A stretch of DNA of 64,000 nt from Paramoeba atlantica (Eukaryota > Protista > Discosea): assembly GCA_977017575.1 (NCBI GenBank), contig CDRNVI010000079.1:43746-107745 (forward strand), read 5' to 3'. Within the stretch, counting starts at the first letter, position 1, and every line of letters starts with the position of its first letter. The position numbers were made by a program, and so were the translations under genes. This document shows, piece after piece, positions 23,026-34,224 of this stretch. The notes under the pieces are model-generated. The model did not search any database, had not been told where the DNA came from, and saw nothing but the letters and a program-made list of their open reading frames with translations.

Positions 23026-25404
23026 ATGGAGGACGACAAATTCCCCACCTTCTTTTTCGGCGTCATGAGCGCCATCCTCCTCGTCACCGTGGCTCTCCCC
23101 CTCACCTGGGGCACCCTGTGCCATCTGAGCCACAAACTTGCCCCCTTCCTGCCCTCTCTTTTTGAAACCACAGAGCGCGACAAAAAGGTCTCTGGAACCC
23201 CCTGGAAACCGCAGCTTTCAAAAAAGAATGCCAGCGCCTCTTTCTCTCCCTCCTCTCGATCCCCCAGTGTGGATACACAAAAAAAGGTCGAGAAAACAAA
23301 TTTTTCGGAGTCTCCCAATCCAAATTCAACCTGTGAAAACGCAATTTCGCCATCTTTCCTATCTTCTCTACGTTCCCCATTCACTCCCTTTTACGGCAAT
23401 CTTCATTTTTGGCTCTCCCACCCCTCCCATCTCTACGCCCACTACCGCATCCTACGCACCCACCCCGCCCTTCTCCGTAAAATCGTATTCCCCCGCGTCT
23501 CCTCCTTTTGCTTTCGGCCCAAAGTGTTTCTCCTTTTCCTTTGGGTTCTCTCAGTGTATCTTTTCGCCACACAAATTCCGAAAGCGGCCTCGTTTGAGGT
23601 TTTGGGGCTTAACCCCGCGACGGCTTCCATCGGGGAAATTAAAAATGCCTACCGCAGTTTAAGTTTTCGGTACCACCCGGATAAGGACCCGAGCCCGGAG
23701 GCCCGGGAGCGGTATGGGAAAATACGAAAAGCGTTTAAACGACTCACCGGGGCGAAACTTGCGGAAGATGGCACCCCGGTGGAGGATACGGAGGAACCCC
23801 TCGGGGTAGGGTTCGCGCTCCCGTTCTTTTTGCGTGACCCCGAGCATGAGGGACGGACGCTGGTGATTTTGCTGCTGTGTGCGTTTGGGATTCCGGCGGT
23901 TTTGCTGTATTTCTTTTTTATTCGCGAGAAAACGACCTATGGGGTGGTTTATGAGCGGCTGAAACAAATGGTGACCCTCGCGCGCGGGTTGCATGGGGAA
24001 ATGGGGATGCCGGAGAATCCGAAGGTCGCGGCGACGAAGCTGCATCAGGAGAATATTCAGAAATTGTTAAAACAGGCCGGGTTGTGGCAAAGTGGGATGG
24101 TCCCGGAGGTGGTGCATAACCTCCCGGATCTCGCCCGGCTGCATAAGTTGTGTTCGCATGCGAAAAATGCAACGGGGCGGATGCAGCAGGATGCACTGTT
24201 TCGGCTGCAAAGTCTCGGGTTTGAAGATGACGCACTGCAGTCGTTGATACAAACGATATTAAGCGAGGAATGGGAGAAGCCGTGTGCGGCCGCAAAACCT
24301 CTGGAAAACATAGCCGCAGAGATCTCGCGAAATCCGCCAGATTATTTTCCCGTCTCAGAGGAACAGTTTGAGGCCGCAAATTACTTTTTAGGCTTCGTCA
24401 TGGAACTCATGCCACCCGTGGTGAAGCCGTTTGATTTACAAAACCGGTCTACGCGGTTGTTAAAGTTATATCGCGATAAAGAGTCATTGCTGCATAAATG
24501 TCACCAGTGGGCACAAAAAATGGAAAAAGATAAAAGGGAAAGAGAGAAGAATGAAAAGGGGGAGAAGGGTTGTGAAGAGGAGAGATCAATGCTGTCCCAG
24601 GAAGCAAAATCACGTGAAAACGAAAAAACGCAATCCGAGTTTTCGAGTAAAAGTTCTCTGGGTGTCGATCCGACACTTTCGAGTGACTCACTGGGTGCAA
24701 ATTCGTGTGATAAGCTGAAAGTGACCTCATCTTCCTATTTAGAGGTCAACTCCGAAACGCACCCCCAAACCGGGAAACTTTTCTCCCCGCGCGAAGGCTC
24801 CGCCCTCCAGGAATCAAATCCTTTACATTCCACAAGCCATACCTCTCTTTCTTCGGTCACCACATCTTCTTTACCTTCCGAACAAAACCGAATGTCCTCA
24901 AAAACCTCTTCTTCTCACACCTTCGACACAATCCGTCCCGCCGGCAGCCAAAGCGCTCCCTCCCCTGCCTTACGCCCTCCTCGACCCCATGCTGCCGAAA
25001 CTCATGAAAATCTTCATGAATCCAAAACATTACAAAACGAAAACTCTCCACCATGTCTTCCCCCTTTCGCAAATCCCAAAATCTCTTCTCATCCCTCCAA
25101 CCCCACCCTCTCCCCTCCTTTATCCCTTTCTCTTCACAAAACAATACAAAACGGTGAAAACAAAAAATCCAATTTGTTTTATGAAACCCAAGAAAGGGAA
25201 AGAAAGGAAATTACGGTTTCTAAATCCCTCAGTCCGCAGTGGGTGGAGAAACTCCTCGCCCTCGATGAGGAGATCATGACGATGCACAACGATATGAATC
25301 GCAGTGCGATTGAGTATCTCAGCAGCGGTCACCACCGACGGATGAAAAAGTTCCAGAAATACAAGGAGGCGGAGCGTAGGAAGCTCGCTCCAGGGGGGCG
25401 GTAG
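23026..25404 (+). CDS. SEC63: SEC63-like membrane J-domain protein
   Basis: Two N-terminal hydrophobic segments, J-domain (FEVLGL..EIKNAYRSLSFRYHPDK), GFALP motif, third TM segment; Ser-rich C-terminal half is divergent. Confidence 0.75.
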   Translation: MEDDKFPTFFFGVMSAILLVTVALPLTWGTLCHLSHKLAPFLPSLFETTERDKKVSGTPWKPQLSKKNASASFSPSSRSPSVDTQKKVEKTNFSESPNPNSTCENAISPSFLSSLRSPFTPFYGNLHFWLSHPSHLYAHYRILRTHPALLRKIVFPRVSSFCFRPKVFLLFLWVLSVYLFATQIPKAASFEVLGLNPATASIGEIKNAYRSLSFRYHPDKDPSPEARERYGKIRKAFKRLTGAKLAEDGTPVEDTEEPLGVGFALPFFLRDPEHEGRTLVILLLCAFGIPAVLLYFFFIREKTTYGVVYERLKQMVTLARGLHGEMGMPENPKVAATKLHQENIQKLLKQAGLWQSGMVPEVVHNLPDLARLHKLCSHAKNATGRMQQDALFRLQSLGFEDDALQSLIQTILSEEWEKPCAAAKPLENIAAEISRNPPDYFPVSEEQFEAANYFLGFVMELMPPVVKPFDLQNRSTRLLKLYRDKESLLHKCHQWAQKMEKDKREREKNEKGEKGCEEERSMLSQEAKSRENEKTQSEFSSKSSLGVDPTLSSDSLGANSCDKLKVTSSSYLEVNSETHPQTGKLFSPREGSALQESNPLHSTSHTSLSSVTTSSLPSEQNRMSSKTSSSHTFDTIRPAGSQSAPSPALRPPRPHAAETHENLHESKTLQNENSPPCLPPFANPKISSHPSNPTLSPPLSLSLHKTIQNGENKKSNLFYETQERERKEITVSKSLSPQWVEKLLALDEEIMTMHNDMNRSAIEYLSSGHHRRMKKFQKYKEAERRKLAPGGR

Positions 25405-25989
25405 GGGAAGAGAGGAGGGGTTTGTATTTTTGGTATTTTCTTGTAAAGTAAAAAGGTCTTTTTTATGGGTTTGTGTTTTTTTAAAGGGTAAAAAGTAAAA
25501 TCCACAATGTGAAAGTGTTGGTTGGTTGGTTTTTTTAGCAAACTGAAACTCATATTGCGGGTGGGTGGGTTTTTTTGATTTTGATTTTTCTATAGAAACT
25601 TGTATTCTACACCTACGATGGGTATGTGCTTTTGAGGAACACCATTTTGGAATTTTGATTTCTCTTGTGTAAACATTTCCGGAGTCTATCCGAACACGTT
25701 CTTAAATTCTACACATGGTGTTATTGCAGCTTAGTGTACGTAGCTGGTTTTGAGACGTAATTTTCGAACATATTTTTAGTTTAGTTTTTAACAGTAGTGG
25801 TTTAAAGCTCTGAAAATATTTCTCTCTATTTTTTTATGGAATATGATTGAATGCCTGATGACCTCATCGCACACTCGATATTGAAATTTCAATAGAAAAT
25901 TTTTTGAAAGAAGCGTGCACTTCTTACTGCTATTCCGCCCACTGAGAAATGTACATCGAAGGGAAACTAAAGTGAGATGCACTGCTTAA

Positions 25990-28146
25990 TTCCATGACCT
26001 CGGTCTCCCCAATGGAGGCAACGCCCTGTCTCAGCATTGCAAATACCAAGGCTTCGGGGGATACCGTTTATGAGGCTTCTTTGCGTCGCTCAGTCCCGTT
26101 CGCTGTCGAATTGAGCAAACTGTGCTACCTGTATACCCAGAATGCAAAAGGTCGTGGATTTCTGGTGGTTTGTACTTGTATTTAGTGGAGACCTCGCGAT
26201 TGGGAAGATCTTCTATCGCTTCCTGTGACACGGTAGCCTCCCTCGAGGCCCGCTAGACGTGGCTTGCATTGGTTCTCTCCAATGCAGCAGACTGTTGTAA
26301 CATGCCTCGTCGGCTACATCTCCCAGTTGTGTGGAACAACATCGGGCTGGGGAGTTGGTGACCGTGGAACGTTCCCCAGCCACTCTTTTCTTCACTCTAC
26401 TAGCATGGAGCGATTGGTGACTGGGAGTTTGACCGGCCGGTCACATAAGATCGGGCAACAGTTCAATAAATTGCTGCGCCGTTACGCTAAAATGTCAAAC
26501 AAAACCGCGGCATATTCAGTTGGATATTCAGTTGACAACTGCGGAGCCGTAAAGGAGACGCCCCACCACCGCCTAAGGTAGTGGATAACAGTAACTGCAT
26601 TTCTTGTTCCCACGTCGTCGTAAACTGTTTCGAGTTAGAGTATCACCTACCACGGCTTGAAACAAGCTGTCAGGGCATACGTATTCGAAGCCTTGTGGTA
26701 GTCCTCGAACAAAGCACAGGTTCGGAATACATCTGAGACAAAGGGGCATTCCATCGTCCCAATGGCTGCCACCGCCATATTCAAAGCAATCTGGCGGTTC
26801 CTCTTTTATTTTGTATTTTCTATTTTGGGGTTCTATCTTCTAGTTTTCTATCTTCTTTTGGGTCTTTATCGCCTCCAGAATTAGTAACAGGTCCTGCGAA
26901 GTTTCCGATACCGAGTGCATGTTCCGCAGGCGTTTGCCCCCGGCGTTTGTCGTCATGTGTAGCGTCGGGCAAGGGAAACACCTCGCTCTTTTCTGATACC
27001 ACTTCTTCTTTTGGCGCATAAGATGTCAGTCAAGGCGACTAGCACTGACTGCGTTACCTCACGACTGGAGCATTCCCCCATCGCTATGGGGAGATAGGAA
27101 GAATGGTGCCCAACCGGGGCCCCTGGTTTTGAGAACAATTTGAGGGACGCCCCGGTCAGGAGCTCCCTCATTGAAGGGGGGAGGGAATTCGTGGTAGTCC
27201 CCTGTATAATCCATGTCACAGCCCCGAGGATCCTCTTCCAAGAGTATCGGAAGCAGAAGCTCCTTGGTCCACCCAGTCGGACCTGGTGCTCGGAGGGAAG
27301 CGAGGCTTTCGGCCCTTCTGGCGACGTCCGCTGGGGATGGAAGGGGACCGTGCCGGGCCTTGTCATAGAGGTAAATCCCTGGTGTGTATGGACTCCCTGT
27401 CGGGTGGAGACATTTGTCCTGCTCAAGGGCAGCCGTCGGATTCGCCGGTGGGTCGAGGGGCTCCTCGAGAGTAGCCGCCGCCCTCGAGAAACAAGAGGCC
27501 CTACACAACTCCTCCACCCGTTTCTTAATGGAAGCCTCCGTGGCTATACTTTCTAAGATAGGGCCTGGATTTGCCTCTATGCATCCGCGCCGGAGATTAC
27601 ATCGGACCAGTTCGGTGAACCAGCCCGAGTTAGCGATCAACTGTTTGTTTGGAAGAAAGGTCCAGCAGGCCGATCCGTCGTCGGCGACGTATGGGCTCCA
27701 GGCTTTTGCGAATTCTTGGGTTATCCCGAACGAATGGCATAAAAAGAGGGGGATGTTCGCCTCCTCCACCGTGCCAGGCGTTTGAAGGCAGGCTCCGGTC
27801 CGGCTACCATCGTATATCATGATGTGGGGCCCGTACGAAGAGCCTACGTTGGGAACAGAGATAGAGGTCCATAGGCATTCTGCCGCTTCGAGATCGGCGT
27901 CGGACTCGAGGTATGGTTGCTAGGGATGCCCAGGGTGACACCTATAGCCTGTGTCAGCCCCTGAAGGCTACCCAGCCCCGGCCCGCAAACCTGGATCCTA
28001 CCTTCAGCTAGTGGACCTAGATGAAGATTCACTTTTGTCCAGTCCCCTGCGTGAGGAGGGGGGTTCTCGGCCATGCCCCCTCCTTCGCTCCGGGAATGAC
28101 ATTCCGACCAGCCCAGGAGTAAAAGCGAATGAAAAATATTCGACAA
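25990..28146 (-). pseudogene. Degenerate CRE/SLACS-like non-LTR retrotransposon (copy C)
   Basis: KKRVEELCRASCFSRAAATL..HP and RAPGPTGWTKELL match AKRAELLARQGEFSRAMAAL..HP and SAGTMGLRPEHL of copy A; downstream RT is decayed. Confidence 0.65.
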
Positions 28147-28442
28147 GTCTTAATTGAACCTATTCTCATATTACACCCGAGTGCACACAATTTTATATCA
28201 AAAAGCTCTCATTGATCAGTATCCGCATCAATCATTTCCTCACCAAAAGAAAGCTGCTGAAAATCGTTGGAGACGACTTCTGTCTCCAAAGCAGCTTCTG
28301 CAGGCGTTGCGCCAATAAGATTGCTGCCACGTAGAGATTGTATCCGTTGGGGGGAAATTGTTTCTGCGCCTCGTAGAAGGTGAGATGAGAGCTTGCGTTC
28401 AGTCTCACGATGCGTCGACGAACTGTACGTCAACACGGCTTA

Positions 28443-28622
28443 CCCAAGAGGCGTAAGCCGGGTAAGGGAACTGGTTCCCTGAGGGGAGGGTCCGGGACGG
28501 TCCTCCGAGTACTGGACCTAGTCGGTTCTCGGCCCAGCCTCTTATAGTGAGACCGTCAGGAATATTGCGATGAGCGGGTTTGAACTCGCCGTCTGAGCAC
28601 CATGTGCTTCAAACTTTGAATT
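28443..28622 (-). mobile_element. 180-bp structured insertion (SINE-like candidate)
   Basis: Splits the hAT C-terminus; CTTA on both flanks; several hairpins; A/B-box-like TGCTCAGACGG and GAGTTCAAACC on the minus strand. Confidence 0.45.
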
Positions 28623-30756
28623 CTTAAACCTCGTAAACACTGGGAAACTTATAATGACCGACTGTTTCCCACCACTTGAGCTCAGTAGTGTGACAAGAAG
28701 GATTCCATTCATAGTCACTGCAATTCAGGTAAGAGCTCCATTCATTCTCAGTGATATGAAATGTTGGATTGCCGCTGCGAAATAAATCATTCGCTCGATC
28801 CACGGATATCGGTAGAATGCCTGACTTTTTCGCCCGCAATGTTATAAAATCTGGGGCAAACCACATTATGTCCTCACAAAATTTCATGTTGTGCTTGTTG
28901 TTTAGACGCGAAAGATGGTGTTTCAATGCAACCTGGAGGGCTTCGCATCCAGCCTCCTCTTTGCTGATGCGAGTCAGCTTCTGAATCATAGGCCATACTG
29001 TTGTGGCTGTGGAAGTCCCGTCCAAGTCAGAGAATCGTTGCAATGCATCATGCAAGGGGGCTAGCCGGGAACAGAATTCACTTGCCGAAGACATAATGCT
29101 ACGAACAGAGCACGTGCTTATAAGTTCGGCACACTTCCTTACTGACTCACTGACACGTGGATTGCATAATTCTGTAACAGTAGGCATTTGTACTTTGAGA
29201 AACTCTATGCATGTAAATTTGTCGTGACACCATCGTGTCACTCCTCCAAGTTTCGGTACCGTAACTCCGGAAACTTCTTTTGCGTTACGAAGATCCTGGA
29301 CAACTTTAGGGCCCATGGAAAAAAGTACCTGAGCACACTTCTCAATGTCTCTTGGGAAGCTTGCAAGCTCTTCTATAATGGTTGGTGCGCTGTCTGGACA
29401 CAGTTTGTCTAAAACCCGCAATGACGCTAACAGATCATCTAGCAGTTCGATCCGGTCTCCCTCGTCCAACTTATTTGACTGAACAGCGCCATACCATTGA
29501 ACGAAATACTGCTCTGCGTCTCTCGTTTTGGCATCAAAGCCTCCAAGAAGTACATCTAAAGCAACTCCACGGTATCGTTCCTTCTTCGCAGTCACCTTTT
29601 CGGCACCGTAAAAACTTTGTCGAAAATACTTCTTGAAGTTAAACAGAGGCGTGTTTTCGTATTCTTTCATACTGTCGCGTGCAATGTTATTCAGAAAATG
29701 ACCAATGCACGAGAGCAGGGCAACAGATGGTAGCTTATTCAGTATCGCGTTATTGAAGTCTCCCCAATTGTTCTCTCCTATGGGACGAATGCGGTCGAAT
29801 ATGCGTTTCGTTTCTTCTTCGGCTTCATCCCGTGCAACGTGATTAACCGCGCATCCGTCCACCATCATATAACGCAGTTTGCCCAGCAAATGCACCCCTA
29901 TTATGGAACTCAGCGTCTCAACCAGAATTTCGGCTGATTCCTTCCCGTTGAAGGCTTTGCGTCTAGGATGATACATTGGGGGGAGAAGGTAATCACTCTG
30001 GGCGACATATAGAACACCCACCAAGACATGTTCGCTCAAAACTTTGTCGATTCCCGCGTCCACAGCAATCCCAAAAAAGGGCTCTTGTGTAATATCGTTT
30101 ACAATCTTATTCCATATTTCTTCCGCCATATCCTTTTCCCACTTTGCGCATCAACTTGTGGTTCTTAGTGAGCAGAGAAAGAACTTCACCCTGCGTTGCA
30201 CCTACAGAGCGTAATTCCTCGTACTCGTAAATAAGAGAGTGGGCGGCCTTGCACGAGAGGTTGGTCTGTGAAACCAGGCAAGGAATACACTTTTGCACAA
30301 ATGTTTGAACGGACCGAGTTGGATGATCCTCCCCTTCTTTTACGCCTTTATGAGCTTCATCACGAGGACAATCACACCCGGTGCACACGTGCTTGATGTG
30401 GTGGTAATAGTGGTTGTTATACGCCGAATGCCACTCGCACCTTTATAACGCATAAAACTCGCACCCTTATAACGCATAAAACTCGCACCCTTATAATGCA
30501 TAATGCACCCTGATAACGCATATTGTCCCACTGATAATGCATATTGTCCCACTGATAATGCATAAAAACTCGCACCCTTATAACGCATAAAACTCGCACC
30601 CTTATAATGCATATTTTTTGCGAGCCCCTCAAAAAAAAAGTGACCCCCCCTCGAAAAAAAAATCGACCCCATGAAAAAAAAGTGGAGGGGGGGAAATAAG
30701 TTAAAAAGAAAAAAAGTGGAGGGGAGAAACAAGTTAAAGAGCGCTAGTATTTCATT

Positions 30757-30932
30757 CCTGCTCCCGGTGAGGCCCCGGAGTTGCGAGAGGCCTCCATACC
30801 CCACAACTACCACCTTCCCCCCCTATTTAGCGGGGGTCGCGCGAGCGACCCCTGATAAATGGGGGGAAGGTGGTAGTTGTTTTGGGGAATATGAGAGGCC
30901 GAACGCACGGAGGGGCCGGCCGGGCCACTGAG
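30757..30932. repeat. ~175-bp GC-rich hairpin module (also at 39870-40045, 40160-40247, and reversed at 59497-59590 and 60170-60247)
   Basis: CAACTACCACCTTCCCCCC...GGGGGGAAGGTGGTAGTTG stem with distinct flanks, near-identical between copies. Confidence 0.85.
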
Positions 30933-31345
30933 TCTGACGTTAGTGGGAAGCAATTTGCGAAGCCCAACCTTTCCATCATGCCCAATCCCTAGAAAAGCCA
31001 AGACCTTGTTTACGCGTCTGCAAGACAAAAATGTGTGTCGTTAGTGGGAAGCAATTTGCGTAGCCCAATTTTTCCATCATACCCAATCCCTTACAAAGCC
31101 AAGACGACTGAAGCCCAACTTTTCTGACTGAGCCCAACTTTTCCACCATACCCAACCCGTAATAAAGCCAAGACCTTTTGAAGCCCATACACGTAAAGAA
31201 AACGACATTCAATGCAAGAACGCACACGAAATGCAAATATCCAATACAATCTCGTGAATACCAACAAGGCCGCGCAGTTTCATAGGAAATTAGTGTTTTA
31301 TGACACAATATTTGAAGGAAGAAGCCCACGCACACGAAAAGAGAT

Positions 31346-32338
31346 TTAAGATTCCTGCGAGCTGTCCAAGAGAATTTGAGGTCGAATTTTCCGTAAGTTT
31401 TCCACAAACTCAGATGGGGACTGGTCTTGAGGGAGCACCACTTTCGGTCGAGCATTGATATTGCTGGATACAGAATCAAGGTCTGCTTGGGATATATTAC
31501 TGAAAGGATGAGACTTTGGGTAGAAATCTCTGACGACGCCATTGAAATTTTCGACACCACCCTTTTCCCAGCTCGCGTACGGTTTACAAAAATACGACGA
31601 GCAATTAAGGGAACGATTTACGCTCTCGTGCTTCGCGAATTCCGTTCCATTATCATATGTGAGTGTCCGTACCAAAAAGCCTTGAAGGGCGCTGGTGATA
31701 GTCTCTGCTACAAGAGTCGATTTCTTGCATGATATCTTTTTCAGGATCCCGAAACGACTTTTGCGCTCAACCAGGGTAAGAAAGTATCCACTATGGCGTG
31801 TACCTTCTATTAGATCACACTCCCAATCACCGTATCGTTCCCGATCGTTAACAATGCTGGGCCGCATATCAATATCTGTACGATTAGGGATGCTGGTACG
31901 ATTAGTTCCACGACGACGGCGTTGTCCACGAATTCCCCCCCGACGGAGGCAACTCTCCAAGTTTTGACTCTTATTCCGACTAATAAAACCATAAATTGCC
32001 TTCCGGGAAATGCTCACACCTTCTTTACGCAAAGTAACAGATATCTGTTGAGGGCTAAAGCGCCGACGTAACAGAGATATGACACTCTCTTTGATGTCTC
32101 CTTCAATTTTGCTTGCACGGGACTTCCGTTTACTCATTGCTTGGTTGAGTGTTCGTTCAGCCCGCTTCGCGTTGTACACACCATCCCGATCTCCACGTGC
32201 CAGTTCTCGACTAAGAGACGACTGATTGACTTTCAATTTTGAGGCAATTTGTGCTTGCGAAAAGTTTTCTTGATTGTGGAGAACCTCAATAAGTTTACGA
32301 TCTTCTGAATTAATACGTTTTCTAGATGTTTGACACAT
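31346..32338 (-). CDS. IS30-family DDE transposase, intact (330 aa)
   Basis: N-terminal HTH (FSQAQIASKLKVNQSSLSRELARG), IDMRPSIVNDRERYGDWECDLIEG, TLTYDNGTEF, FCKPYASWEKGGVENFNG (DD33E). Confidence 0.93.
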   Translation of the reverse strand: MCQTSRKRINSEDRKLIEVLHNQENFSQAQIASKLKVNQSSLSRELARGDRDGVYNAKRAERTLNQAMSKRKSRASKIEGDIKESVISLLRRRFSPQQISVTLRKEGVSISRKAIYGFISRNKSQNLESCLRRGGIRGQRRRRGTNRTSIPNRTDIDMRPSIVNDRERYGDWECDLIEGTRHSGYFLTLVERKSRFGILKKISCKKSTLVAETITSALQGFLVRTLTYDNGTEFAKHESVNRSLNCSSYFCKPYASWEKGGVENFNGVVRDFYPKSHPFSNISQADLDSVSSNINARPKVVLPQDQSPSEFVENLRKIRPQILLDSSQES

Positions 32339-33465
32339 GGTGCAAGAAAGACAAAAAAAATATTATCCGGTTACATTATGCATTATCAGGTTACATTATG
32401 CGTTATCCGGTTACATTATGCGTTATCAGGTTACATTATGCGTTATCGGATTACATTATGCATTATAAGGGTGCGAGTTACTATGCATTATAAGGGTGCA
32501 AGTTTTATGCGTTATCAAGGGTACAATATGCATTATCAGTGGCCCTATATGCATTATCAAGGGTACAATATGCAGTTACTATGCATTATAAGGGTGCAAG
32601 TTTTATGCGTTATCAAGGGTACAATATGCATTATCAGTGGCCCTATATGCATTATCAAGGGTACAATATGCGTTATCAAGGGTACAATATGCGTCATCAG
32701 GTTACATTATGCATTATAAGGGTGCGAGTTTTATGCGTGATAAGGGTGCGTGTGCCAATGGCCCACCCACGGACATTCGATGCACTTTAAATGAGTCCGT
32801 TGACCCATGGAGTTAACGTGGTGGGGACGGGGATGACGTGACTCATACTCTCGGCAATCTTTGTTCCGCAGCTCTTCGTCCTTAGTCTTACCTGCTGGGG
32901 CATCCTTCCCAAAACAACGTTCACGTGCACGTTATCCGAGGATACTGCATAGGGTCACACTCCTTCTTTTGTGTGCGTAAATTTTCCCCTGCCTGGGAAG
33001 GAGCCGCCTCCCGTGCCTGATGCAGATCAGATTTGAGCCTTCGCCTCTGCGCTACAGGAACGTATTTATATTAGTCTCGTTTACTAGAGAGTATCATTCG
33101 GGTTCGCAGGAGCAGGGCTTGCAGAAATAACCCTCACACTTTGCAGTGAAGGAGGCGGAGAGGAAGGACGCTTGACTCGAACATTGGGAGGTAGTGTCGG
33201 CAATTTCCGGGAAGAACGTAACGGAGCCTCCGAAAGGGAAGATGTTTCAGGGGGGGGGGGTGCTTCTTTCGGGGGAAGGTTGCTTCTTCGGCCGCATAGA
33301 GAAAAATGGAGTTGTGAAAGTGAGGTAACTGTAGTATACTTAAATTTAGAAAGATAATTTCAAGCGAAATCCTAATCACTCGATCAAAAAATTAATGACT
33401 GCTATCTAGTTAAAAAAATTCTAAGTCTCTGCGTAGAACGCGTAGAATTCTACGTAGACTACCAA

Positions 33466-33577
33466 CTATGTATAAAGGTGAATTATGCAATATAAAGGTG
33501 AATTATGCAATATAAAGGTGCAGCTTAGTATGCAATATAAGTGGCCACTTTTTATGCCAGATAAAGGTGCAAGTGGG
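33466..33577 (+). repeat. Orphan terminus of an IS30-family element (20-bp repeat array plus terminal motif)
   Basis: TATGCAATATAAAGGTGAAT repeats ending ATAAAGGTGCAAGTGG; nearly identical to 59830-59939. Confidence 0.7.
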
Positions 33578-33850
33578 CCCTGGAGCGCGCGGGTCGCCAA
33601 AAAATATAATTCTGTCCCAGGGCGACGCTCACAGTTGGGCCTTGCTCGCAAATGGGGGCTTTTGCTTCCAGAAGGCTTCGCTCACAGTCAGGCCTTGCCT
33701 CCAGACACGTAAACTAGGTGTCATTATCGTGGGCTACGCTCACAGTTGGGTCTTAGGTGACAAAGCGTAGGAAAATGCACAACTCTGCGAAAGGGTCAGA
33801 CGATGGTAATGTAGTGTCATGGAAAAGTGCTCATCCAAAGTACCATGTGT

Positions 33851-34184
33851 AGAGGTCGTTTCGATGAGTACTTTTTTTCGGAAAACTAAACATGCGTTTC
33901 GATGTGCACTCATCCAAACTACTACAACCCCGGAATTTGAAATCGCATCACGTGGCAGAGCGCAATGAAAGCAGAAATCGACGTGAATACCAGTTATGGG
34001 GCGAATGATCTTACTACTGCGCTGAAAAAAAATCTCTCGTCTGTTTTTGGGAACTTTTCTTCATCACCTGTTTTGATGACTCGTGCGAACTATCATTCTG
34101 CCAGAATTTTCGCCGTAGCCAGAAAGCACAAAAATCGTGTCAAATCATCTTCAGGATTCGTCCTCGCGGCCACGCCTGGCGAGA

Positions 34185-34224
<40 letters not shown>

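Larger units (their letters stand above)
30430..32756 (-). mobile_element. IS30-type DNA transposon, 2327 bp, minisatellite-containing inverted arms, 3-bp TSD
   Basis: Ends GCCACTCGCACCTTTATAACGC / GCGTGATAAGGGTGCGTGTGCC; AAT at 30427-29 and 32757-59 (AATG if the boundary is shifted one base); removal restores the hAT frame. Confidence 0.85.
28209..32910 (-). pseudogene. hAT-family transposase interrupted by an IS30-type element and a 180-bp insert
   Basis: N-terminal C2H2 finger KCIECPWVGH|SAYNNHYYHHIKH spans the IS30 insertion; FGIAVDAG, VDGCAVN, SCIGH, TRW, WWETVGHYKFP, and C-terminal SSTHRETERKLSS; one frameshift in the A-run near 30135. Confidence 0.8.

Noticed and set aside
20158-25335. 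Many overlapping alternative-frame ORFs inside the lipase and SEC63 genes
   Set aside because: These are shadow ORFs of GC-rich, homopolymer-rich coding sequence and contain no motifs.
25590-25610. Weak SL-like string (AATACAAGTTTCTATAG on the minus strand) beyond the 3' side of CRE copy C
   Set aside because: Three differences from the core in AT-rich sequence; compatible with chance.
31346-32338. Bacterial contamination or chimeric contig as the source of IS30
   Set aside because: The TSD restores a eukaryotic hAT frame, the arms are shared with other repeats in the window, and there are no bacterial neighbours. Read-level confirmation is still needed.
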